Shown here: positions 38,668 to 47,025 of the stretch, piece by piece | Layout of the letters: every line of letters starts with the position of its first letter | How positions within the stretch are numbered: position 1 is the stretch's first letter | Source of the DNA: an archaeon | Lineage (GTDB): Archaea; Nanobdellota; Nanobdellia; Pacearchaeales; GW2011-AR1 | Assembly: GCA_018694115.1 (NCBI GenBank) | Contig: JABHNB010000009.1 | Location: 11,116-75,115 of the forward strand | Direction of reading: 5' to 3' | DNA length: 64,000 nucleotides | Notes under the pieces: generated by a model | The model's input: the letters and a program-made list of their open reading frames with translations, nothing else | Database searches by the model: none | Told to the model about the DNA's origin: nothing | Position numbers and translations under genes: made by a program

Positions 38668-40368
38668 CTACCTATTCCCAAACCAAAACTCTAATTTCTC
38701 TTTTCCATCTTCCTTTTTCTTTTTGTGAAGTCTAACAAAACCAAATCGCTCAAATTGAATAATATCTCCCACCTTAAGTTTCTTAAGTGCAGATTCTCCT
38801 AGTCCATGAATAATTGTACCGTCGTCCATCCTGATTTTTGTATCAACATTCTCAGCATTAGCCGGTAACCATTGGATGAATTTAGTTTCCAAGTCATTAT
38901 CCGGATCTTCAGAAACAAAACTAAAATCTCTCGGACGTATTTTTCCAACCTCACCAGACTTAAAATTAAGTAAGTGCATCAACCGATAATTCCCGTTACG
39001 CATCAAATCATAATCTTGTCCGGGAATAAAGAACTCTTGCCGGGTCATATACTCTCTAAATCCCTTCTTTCCATCCGGGTGGAGAGGTAATTTAGCATGA
39101 AATTCAGGACAACCACCTATTTTGATTTTCTGCGGCCTTTCTACAAAGAAATATCTTGGGACGTCTGCAAGATTTTTCTTATTAATTGAATATAGTACAT
39201 CTACCGGAACAACTGCATTAGACCTCTTAACTCCCATACCTAAAATAAATTCGCGAATAGTCTCCGGTAATATCCCCCTATCCTTCAAACTTCTCAAACT
39301 CCAAGTTCTGGGATCATTCCACCCCGTATAGGTTCCTGATTTAACTTCTGCAGCCCCCTTGGACTTGGAAATCTTTACACCCTCAATTGCAAAATGCCCC
39401 GTGTGAATAACTTCAGGGTGCTTCCATCCAAAAATATCCCAAATAAACTTCTCAACCTTAGTTTCCATCATTAGTTCCATCCCCCTAATAATATGGGTAA
39501 CTCCCAAAAGATGATCATCAATTGCCCAAGAAAAGTCAAGAAGGGGATAAACACGATACTTTTTCCCAAGCCTAGCGTGAGGACGATCAGATATTCTAAA
39601 CATGATACGATCTCGAAAGGCAGGGTTCGGATCATCCATAGAAGTTTTAAGTCGAACGGTAAAACTTCCAACAGGAGCATCAAACATTTTCTTCCATCTC
39701 TTTTCATGTTCACTAGGCAACAATCTTCGACAACTACACTCAACACCCTTAACTTTCAGTTCATGCATCTCATCCTGCGGACAAGAACAAACGTACAAAT
39801 AACCTTTCTTAATCATCTCTTCAGCATAAGCATAGTATTTCTCAATCCTGTCAGATTTGTAAATAATCTTTTTATCATATTTTGCTCCAAGAAATTTAAC
39901 ATCTTCTTCAATCATCTTATATGCTTCAGGTTCAATTGGTTTAGCTTCAGAACCAATTGTATCATCCATAACTAAAATCATTCTCCCCCCATACATTTTT
40001 GCATACTCATCATTGAGGATTAATGGTCTAGCATTTCCAATATGTAGGGGTCCCGAAGGAAACGGAGCAAATCTCGTGATAACTTTCCCATCTTCTGCAT
40101 TAGGCAATTCGGGCAATCCTTCACGAACTTCTCGCTTACTAACATTTACCTTCAATTTATCAAATTCTTCTGCCTGTTTTTCCATATCCAGAGAATTAAC
40201 TGCCTTCAAAACTTCCATTATTTTTGGGAGGATTTCCTTAACCTTATCTTTCTCAAGTCCTTCTGCGAAAAGCCCAGCCAGAACCGCACCCTGATTTGCC
40301 TTTCCCCCATACTTTAGAGCATTCTCCAATGCATAGGCACGAATAATTTTCTTTGAAATTTCTACCAT
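38668..40368 (-). CDS. gltX: Glutamyl-tRNA synthetase, archaeal type
   Basis: HIGH motif FPSGPLHIGNAR. KMSKS motif VKISKSKG. 566 aa. Confidence 0.85.
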   Translation of the reverse strand: MVEISKKIIRAYALENALKYGGKANQGAVLAGLFAEGLEKDKVKEILPKIMEVLKAVNSLDMEKQAEEFDKLKVNVSKREVREGLPELPNAEDGKVITRFAPFPSGPLHIGNARPLILNDEYAKMYGGRMILVMDDTIGSEAKPIEPEAYKMIEEDVKFLGAKYDKKIIYKSDRIEKYYAYAEEMIKKGYLYVCSCPQDEMHELKVKGVECSCRRLLPSEHEKRWKKMFDAPVGSFTVRLKTSMDDPNPAFRDRIMFRISDRPHARLGKKYRVYPLLDFSWAIDDHLLGVTHIIRGMELMMETKVEKFIWDIFGWKHPEVIHTGHFAIEGVKISKSKGAAEVKSGTYTGWNDPRTWSLRSLKDRGILPETIREFILGMGVKRSNAVVPVDVLYSINKKNLADVPRYFFVERPQKIKIGGCPEFHAKLPLHPDGKKGFREYMTRQEFFIPGQDYDLMRNGNYRLMHLLNFKSGEVGKIRPRDFSFVSEDPDNDLETKFIQWLPANAENVDTKIRMDDGTIIHGLGESALKKLKVGDIIQFERFGFVRLHKKKKEDGKEKLEFWFGNR

Positions 40369-40417
40369 ACTTAATAGAGAAGAGACAAGGTTTTAAATTT
40401 GTTGTTTATCCGGAGAA

Positions 40418-40849
40418 TTACCAGCCCATAACTCCAACACTCGAATCGCTAGTAGAAGGACTAGCTTCAACACCTGCCTTTCTCTCAAGAAGTTCAATCC
40501 TTTGTTCTAACTTGTAAATCTTATTATCCAATTCTGTTATTTTTGCATCAACTTCTCTCTTATCATATCCCCCACTAGAACTTGAAAAACCATCAGAACT
40601 AGAAGAAGAACCTGAAGAGTCCATAAATCCAAAGAATTCTGAATTAGATCCTGATCCTGAGTTTTCAGAGCTAGCTTCTGACGAATCCATTCCAGAAACA
40701 GAAGAACCAACCTTCGAAGAGCCAACACCCAACTCGACAAAACCATCCTTATTAGTCGGAACTTCTACATTATTACGCGGGATCACAACAACGCCTCGCT
40801 TTTGTAGCTCTCGAACATCAATCATCCTCTTCTTTTTTCTAAACAACAT
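40418..40849 (-). CDS. Ser/Gly-rich low-complexity protein with C-terminal coiled coil
   Basis: Central SSGSGS... tract. C-terminal KITELDNKIYKLEQRIELLERK. Confidence 0.4.
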   Translation of the reverse strand: MLFRKKKRMIDVRELQKRGVVVIPRNNVEVPTNKDGFVELGVGSSKVGSSVSGMDSSEASSENSGSGSNSEFFGFMDSSGSSSSSDGFSSSSGGYDKREVDAKITELDNKIYKLEQRIELLERKAGVEASPSTSDSSVGVMGW

Positions 40850-40923
40850 AATTCATATAAGAAGAACCTTTATTTAAAGATTGCTAAACAAACTTTTATA
40901 TATCCTTCAATCTATCTTACAGT

Positions 40924-42390
40924 ATGGGTGACATTAAAGAGGTAGTGCCAAAAATTACTAAGTTTAAGAAAGGAAAACCAATTTCTTCCTTTAAGCTAAC
41001 TTTTGATTCTCAACAAGTACAGCCAGAACCAATATACTATTGGCTTCTTGATTTCGTTCAGGATGGGGGATGGGAAACAAAAAAGATCACAGATAATTTT
41101 TCAGCATCTCCAGGTTCAGGACAATTTGCAGATATTGGACAAAGAGTAACACGAATGCAAGAGGAGGGAATGAAAATCCTTGGAGGATTAAACCAAGTAA
41201 TCAAGTCCTCGTTAAATTTAATTTATGATCTTAAGGAATTCAAGATGAGGCTAGTACACTATGATGACTCAAAATCCGATAGCAAACAAACAAGAGAAAG
41301 TGGAATGCTTGCATTAAAACAGATTTGGCTTGATAGTGTAGATTTAAAGCGGGGCCGGGGATCCATTCATCAACTGGCTGCGGAGGGGGGATATACCACA
41401 ATTCGTGAGGTTTTTATGATGGCAAACAGCATTAACGATCTTAAAAAAATGAATAAGGAAGATAAAGATGGGGGGGGAATAATCAATGACCAGATTCTAA
41501 GGATGTTAATTCCAAGGCTTGCAGAGTTCAATAAGTGGGTAGAGTATTCCGAAAAGGAACTAAGAAAAAGATTCAATATTGAAAGGTCTTATCTAAAATC
41601 TCAGGTAGAGACAATAAAACTTTATTCTTCCTGGATGAAACCGTATCTAAAGGCTGCAGAAGAACTTCGACAAAAAGGTTTCGAAGGAAACGCAGCATTA
41701 GTCAGTGCATTTAGTACTTCAATGTTCGAACTAACTCTTTTTGGAAAGAGGAAAGTTAGCGTTCCAGAAAAATTTGGTAACGCAAAACTAAAACGGGATT
41801 ATTATTCCTGTATTCTAATTAGTTTAGTTTATCGGGGGCATCTTTCGCGGAGAGAAACCCAACAAGGAGATTATGGATTTGTGATGGGTGGAAGAATAGA
41901 TATGACCTTCGATTCCTATGCCCTAAATAGCGAAGAAATGGAATTAATGGAAAAAGAGCTAACAAAAGAAGATGTTGAAGATACTCTAAAATTTTCAAGC
42001 GATGTTGCAGGAGATGCTTTAGCGGAATTAAAAGACGATCTAGACGAATTCTTAACTGATGAAGATGATAAAAAAGAAGAAAAGAAGAAAAAGAAAAAAG
42101 AAAATGACATCAATCCATTCTCTGCACTCTTCAGTTTATTCAAACCTTCCTCAAAAAAGAAAGGAAAGAAAAAAGAAATTGCTAATCTAAAAAGCATAAA
42201 AGCCGATAATTTTGTAGAAAGAGCAGTTCGTGCTAATGCTGCCCAGAGTGCGGCCGATGGAATTTACTTAGTTTATGATATCTACAAGAAATCACATGGC
42301 ATGGCTTCCTCTCCAGAAGGATTCGAAAACTCAGATGAGGCAGAAACAACAGAACCTGCAGTTGAATTTAAGGATGTCTTTAAGAAATAA
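40924..42390 (+). CDS. Hypothetical protein (488 aa) with poly-Lys/Glu C-terminal tract
   Basis: No recognisable motif. Charged low-complexity tract KKEEKKKKKKE. Confidence 0.45.
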   Translation: MGDIKEVVPKITKFKKGKPISSFKLTFDSQQVQPEPIYYWLLDFVQDGGWETKKITDNFSASPGSGQFADIGQRVTRMQEEGMKILGGLNQVIKSSLNLIYDLKEFKMRLVHYDDSKSDSKQTRESGMLALKQIWLDSVDLKRGRGSIHQLAAEGGYTTIREVFMMANSINDLKKMNKEDKDGGGIINDQILRMLIPRLAEFNKWVEYSEKELRKRFNIERSYLKSQVETIKLYSSWMKPYLKAAEELRQKGFEGNAALVSAFSTSMFELTLFGKRKVSVPEKFGNAKLKRDYYSCILISLVYRGHLSRRETQQGDYGFVMGGRIDMTFDSYALNSEEMELMEKELTKEDVEDTLKFSSDVAGDALAELKDDLDEFLTDEDDKKEEKKKKKKENDINPFSALFSLFKPSSKKKGKKKEIANLKSIKADNFVERAVRANAAQSAADGIYLVYDIYKKSHGMASSPEGFENSDEAETTEPAVEFKDVFKK

Positions 42391-42450
42391 GCTTTTTAGG
42401 CAATTTTCTCAAACAATAAAATAATTAAACGTATTTTTCTATGATTTTTA

Positions 42451-43122
42451 ATGGCAAAGAAAGCTAAAACTGTAATTGTTAGAGAAAAAGGCCCAGCTAT
42501 CCGAGAAGTCGAAAAAGAAGAGAAATTTGAAGAAGAATCAACAAAAGAAGATTCAGAAGACTCTGGGAAAGAAGAAGATTTTGAGGACTTTGTGGAGGAC
42601 CTTTGGGAGGACAGACAAAGACAGTCAGAACGAGAACCAGAAGACGCATTTACTCCAGAAGGCCTTATTTTAGAATCGGGACAGGGAGCACAAGACATTC
42701 CAACAACTCTTGAAGACTCCTTAGGCGATGCTCCGGATACATTTGGGGATCAAGGAGAAATGGCTGGGAATGACATGTACAATACTGGCGGAGGACAAGA
42801 TGGCGGAATCTATGGTGCCGCAGGAGATAGTGCCGCAGGAGATATGTATGGCACTAGTGCGGGACAGGGAGGAAGCCCTTACAGCACTGGCACAGGTGCT
42901 GAAGAAGGATCAAATAGCATGTACAATACGGGACAAGGAAATGATACAAACTCCCAAGGCTCCTTGGCATATAATGCTGGACAAGGAAATGCTCAAAATA
43001 AGGATAATACAAATAATCGGCAAAAAGACAAGGGCGGCTTAGAAAATCGAGGACTTGGCGGAAGAAGTTCAAAAAAAGGAAAGTCTAACTCCTCTGGAGC
43101 GCTTTATCAGGCGAGACACTAA
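42451..43122 (+). CDS. Acidic, Gly/Asn-rich low-complexity protein
   Basis: Glu/Asp-rich N-terminus followed by repeated YNTGQGN-like segments. Confidence 0.4.
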   Translation: MAKKAKTVIVREKGPAIREVEKEEKFEEESTKEDSEDSGKEEDFEDFVEDLWEDRQRQSEREPEDAFTPEGLILESGQGAQDIPTTLEDSLGDAPDTFGDQGEMAGNDMYNTGGGQDGGIYGAAGDSAAGDMYGTSAGQGGSPYSTGTGAEEGSNSMYNTGQGNDTNSQGSLAYNAGQGNAQNKDNTNNRQKDKGGLENRGLGGRSSKKGKSNSSGALYQARH

Positions 43123-43162
43123 TTTTAAATAATACAAATATTTAGTATTATTAGGTGATAAA

Positions 43163-45079
43163 ATGGACTCATATGGTACAACAAGTTACGAATCTTTTCA
43201 GGATGGCACTGTCTCCTCATTAAGTCCAGACTTTGGAACTTACGGTTCTACCGGATTTAGACTAAACGCGGGAACAATCGGTTTTCCAGGATCTGCAGCG
43301 ACGGCAAATCAACTTGGAGAAACAGTAAATGCACTAAAACACGGTGTTAAAACATTCGAAGTAACCCTCCTAGGTGTCCAAGATGCTGACCAGGCAATCC
43401 CTATCCAACATTTTAAGGAAATGAGAGCACTAATGAAACTTTCTGGAGTTAAACCCTCTGTCCACGGACCATTGGTGGATGCAGCAGGATTTGGGGAACA
43501 GGGTTGGGGCGGTGAGCACGTAATGGAAGATAATCAACGGAAGATGTTTGACGCGATAGAGAAAGCACACATACTCGATCCCACCGGGAATATCCCCATA
43601 GTTTTCCATTCAACAAATGGTGTGCCTGGAACAGAATGGAGGCCGGGAGATACTAGCAAGGGAGAGGATAGATTCAAGGAATTTCAAACTCCTGTAATCG
43701 ATCAAGAAAGCGGAAGAGTATCACAGGTTAAAGAACATAGATCCTATTATATGAGTAGTACACCAGAAGAATTCAAACTTGGTGAGAAAGATATCGAGGA
43801 GGGGGGATCCCTTATGACAACACGGGCGGCAATAAATAATCAAAACGCTACAGATTGGGATGAAAAATTAAAAGATATTACCCTCGGAAAGAGATATGCT
43901 GATCAGGCCCTTCAGGATGCACTCGCTAATGCTCAGGGACTTAACCTAACCAATCAAGAAATAAAATCAAGAGAAGATATGGTAAAATTGGATATGGAAA
44001 TGAAATCTCATCCGGAGATTGAACGTGAGTTCACGAAGGCTGCAACTCTACTAGATAATAGTAATACTTCTTTCCGTTCCTTATTCAATAGGGCTTATAA
44101 GTACGGGACAGATGCGCAAAGAAAAGAACTTAAAACGATGGCATCTAACTGGCAAAAAGAAAAAAAGGAAGATAAGAAAGAGGTCGCTAACATCTTCCAA
44201 AAACAAATTAGGGAATCTCAACGGCAAGATAAGTATTTTAAGGAAATGAAAAGTATCACTACCGGCGGAGGAGAGATAAATGGAAAAATGATTGGGGGAG
44301 AAGATTTCCTGGCACCACAGGTCAACATGGCTGCAGAAGATTTTGCAATGAAAAAGGCTGCCAAAACATTCGGGAATCTTGCTTTAAAATCCTATGAAAA
44401 ATTTGGAGAAACCGCCCCGATAATCGCAATAGAAAACATGTATCAGGGAATGGCATTCTCGCGGGGAGAGGACATGAAAAATTTGGTAAAGAAATCAAGA
44501 AAACAATTCGAGAAAAAACTAAGGGATGAACAAGGCTTATCAAAGGGGGACGCAAGAAGGGTGGCCAAGAAACAAATTGGGGTGACCTGGGATGTTGGGC
44601 ACCTGAATGTAATGCGAAAGGCAGGGTTCGATGAAAAAGATATTGTGAAGGCAACAAAAACTGTCGCCCCCATGGTAAAACACGTACATCTAACGGACAA
44701 CTTTGGTTATTCTGATTCTCATCTAGTTCCTGGAATGGGAAATGTCCCATTCAAAAAGATCCTTGAACAATTAGAAAAAACTGGTAGGCTTGATGAGATG
44801 AGAAAAATAGTTGAAGCACCAGGATTCATCCAACATTTCAAAAAATTACCTCATTCCATGGTTCTTTCAGCCTTTGGTTCTCCAATCTACGGAGCAAAAA
44901 TGGCTCCCCACTGGAATCAGGCAGCGGGGATGGTGGGATCATATTTTGGAGGATATGGGACCCTAAATCCGCAACAGCATCATTCAATTTATGGGGCAGG
45001 TTTCACAACAATGCCTGTTGAGCTAGGGGGGATGATGGATGGAGGCCAATCAAGATTTGGCGGAACACCAATGTCCTAG
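43163..45079 (+). CDS. Xylose-isomerase-like TIM-barrel (AP-endonuclease-2 fold) protein with a large charged insertion
   Basis: C-terminal motifs WDVGHLNV, HVHLTDN and PGMGNVPFKKILEQLEKTG. The N-terminal barrel part is separated from them by a ~300 aa Lys/Glu-rich insert. Confidence 0.5.
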   Translation: MDSYGTTSYESFQDGTVSSLSPDFGTYGSTGFRLNAGTIGFPGSAATANQLGETVNALKHGVKTFEVTLLGVQDADQAIPIQHFKEMRALMKLSGVKPSVHGPLVDAAGFGEQGWGGEHVMEDNQRKMFDAIEKAHILDPTGNIPIVFHSTNGVPGTEWRPGDTSKGEDRFKEFQTPVIDQESGRVSQVKEHRSYYMSSTPEEFKLGEKDIEEGGSLMTTRAAINNQNATDWDEKLKDITLGKRYADQALQDALANAQGLNLTNQEIKSREDMVKLDMEMKSHPEIEREFTKAATLLDNSNTSFRSLFNRAYKYGTDAQRKELKTMASNWQKEKKEDKKEVANIFQKQIRESQRQDKYFKEMKSITTGGGEINGKMIGGEDFLAPQVNMAAEDFAMKKAAKTFGNLALKSYEKFGETAPIIAIENMYQGMAFSRGEDMKNLVKKSRKQFEKKLRDEQGLSKGDARRVAKKQIGVTWDVGHLNVMRKAGFDEKDIVKATKTVAPMVKHVHLTDNFGYSDSHLVPGMGNVPFKKILEQLEKTGRLDEMRKIVEAPGFIQHFKKLPHSMVLSAFGSPIYGAKMAPHWNQAAGMVGSYFGGYGTLNPQQHHSIYGAGFTTMPVELGGMMDGGQSRFGGTPMS

Positions 45080-45124
45080 GTCAATACATTTATAAAATTG
45101 AATTACTAATTACTATAAAAGAGG

Positions 45125-46006
45125 ATGGCAAAAAAGAAAGTTTCTAAACCTAGTCTAAAGAAAGGGGAGTCTAAAAAACCCGAGACAAAGATAGTCAGGA
45201 ACAATGAGCCAAAGACGCTAAACCTTGTCGGAGAAAGGGAAATAGCTCTAGATTTTGCAACAAAAGTCTATAATGAATTTGATCAGATGATTAAGTCAAT
45301 CGTTCTTTTTGGGTCATCTGCAAAGAAGATCTCAATGCCAGATTCAGATATAGATATAATAATTATAATCGACGACGTATCCATTCAATGGGATCAAGAA
45401 CTTATTGCAACCTATAGGGAAGAACTTGGGAAACTTATCCAAAACAATCCTTATAGAAAAGCATTACATATCAATTCCGTAAAACTTTCCACATGGTGGA
45501 GCGATTTAATGAGGGGAGATCCAGTTGTAATAAACATTTTAAGATATGGGGATGCACTTGTTGACTTCGGCGGGTTCTTCAACCCATTACGAATTCTCTT
45601 GAAGGACGGAAAGATCAGATCAACCCCTGAATCAATTTATACCCTTTTACAGAGGGCTCCGGCACATATGGTTCGTGCAAGAGATTCAATGCTTGCAACC
45701 GTAGACGGGCTATATTGGACAATGGTAGATTCTGCACATGCTGCGCTAATTGCTGCAAATATTATGCCGTCATCTCCAGAAGAGATTGCAGAAGTAATGA
45801 CTAAACATTTCGTAAAAAAGAAACTTCTTCATAAAAAATATCCTGCCTACTACGAAAGTGCGAGAGTTATCGCAAAAGATATAGTTCACGGAAAAAGAAG
45901 AGAAATCACTGGAAAGGAAATCGATGATCTCTTTACAAAAACCGATGATTTTCTCGGAGAAATGGCAAGACTAGTAGATAGTCTAATCGATAAAAAAAAT
46001 AATTAA
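45125..46006 (+). CDS. Nucleotidyltransferase-domain protein (minimal NTase with HEPN-like C-terminal region)
   Basis: LFGSSAKKISMPDSDIDIIIII matches the GS...DxD polymerase-beta-type NTase motif. Confidence 0.55.
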   Translation: MAKKKVSKPSLKKGESKKPETKIVRNNEPKTLNLVGEREIALDFATKVYNEFDQMIKSIVLFGSSAKKISMPDSDIDIIIIIDDVSIQWDQELIATYREELGKLIQNNPYRKALHINSVKLSTWWSDLMRGDPVVINILRYGDALVDFGGFFNPLRILLKDGKIRSTPESIYTLLQRAPAHMVRARDSMLATVDGLYWTMVDSAHAALIAANIMPSSPEEIAEVMTKHFVKKKLLHKKYPAYYESARVIAKDIVHGKRREITGKEIDDLFTKTDDFLGEMARLVDSLIDKKNN

Positions 46007-46020
46007 AAAATTAAAAATAA

Positions 46021-47025
46021 TTAGTTCCCGTTATTCTGAGCAGCCATTGCAGCTTCATATTCCGCAATAGTTGTTCTTGCCAAATCATTTAGGCCTTCAA
46101 CCATTGGAATAACCTGTTCAAGAGCATTCTGGGAGAATTCTCCGATACTTGCTCTTTTGTTCTGCATCCATTGCTGAAGTTCCTGAACCTTTTCCTGAGC
46201 CGGTTCTGGACCAAGTGCTTCCAATTTGCTCCTAACTTCTTGATTAAGGGCCATAATGCCTTCTGCCTGATCATTACCATAGGCATCAGCTAACTTAATA
46301 TTATCTGCAACGAACTTAGGGAATCCGTATTCTCCAACTGTTCTAATTGCCTTATTCTTTGCATTAATTCCAAATTCATCAACTATTCTATCCTTGAATG
46401 GCGTAAAAAATGCCATTTCAATAGGTTTAAGATTCTCTGCCTTACCTGCAAAATAAGCCTCAGGATCATCAGAAATGGCCTTCTGTTCAGCCCTATAAAA
46501 TTCAATAGCATCAACAACTGGATCAAAACTAGCCCCCCTACCTTTCTTAAAAGTCGGCATTGTAAATACCATGTTGAATAGACCTTCTCCTCTTCCTTCC
46601 ATCCATGCGATTTCAGCAAGAGCATTAGCATATTTAACTCCGTATTGAGTCATTCCATCTTGAGCAACCATAACACTACCTTTTCTAGCAGCCTCTACTT
46701 GTGCGGACGGAAGTCCTGCCAAAGCATCTTTATTACCAAGCATTATTTCCGAGAAAGTAGCAATATCTGCTCCAGTTATTTCTTTAGCTTGATCGTATCC
46801 TCTTGCAAAAGTTCCTGCACTCCATCCAGAATCTGCATTTAATGGAGCATAGGCTAGATCAACTAATCCTCCGTCTTCATTAACAAATTGTGTTGGTGTT
46901 ATGAATCTTTCATAATCCCTCACGTTTTCATTTCCATTAACCATGTTTATTTTAGAAATATAGACTTTATAAACCTTTCGGTGTGTTGTATCTGGTGAGG
47001 GGTAACAGAATGCGCATCTAATCAA
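46021..47025 (-). CDS. Hypothetical protein co-transcribed with ppsA
   Basis: Start overlaps the ppsA stop by 4 nt. 334 aa with no recognisable motif. Confidence 0.45.
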   Translation of the reverse strand: MIRCAFCYPSPDTTHRKVYKVYISKINMVNGNENVRDYERFITPTQFVNEDGGLVDLAYAPLNADSGWSAGTFARGYDQAKEITGADIATFSEIMLGNKDALAGLPSAQVEAARKGSVMVAQDGMTQYGVKYANALAEIAWMEGRGEGLFNMVFTMPTFKKGRGASFDPVVDAIEFYRAEQKAISDDPEAYFAGKAENLKPIEMAFFTPFKDRIVDEFGINAKNKAIRTVGEYGFPKFVADNIKLADAYGNDQAEGIMALNQEVRSKLEALGPEPAQEKVQELQQWMQNKRASIGEFSQNALEQVIPMVEGLNDLARTTIAEYEAAMAAQNNGN

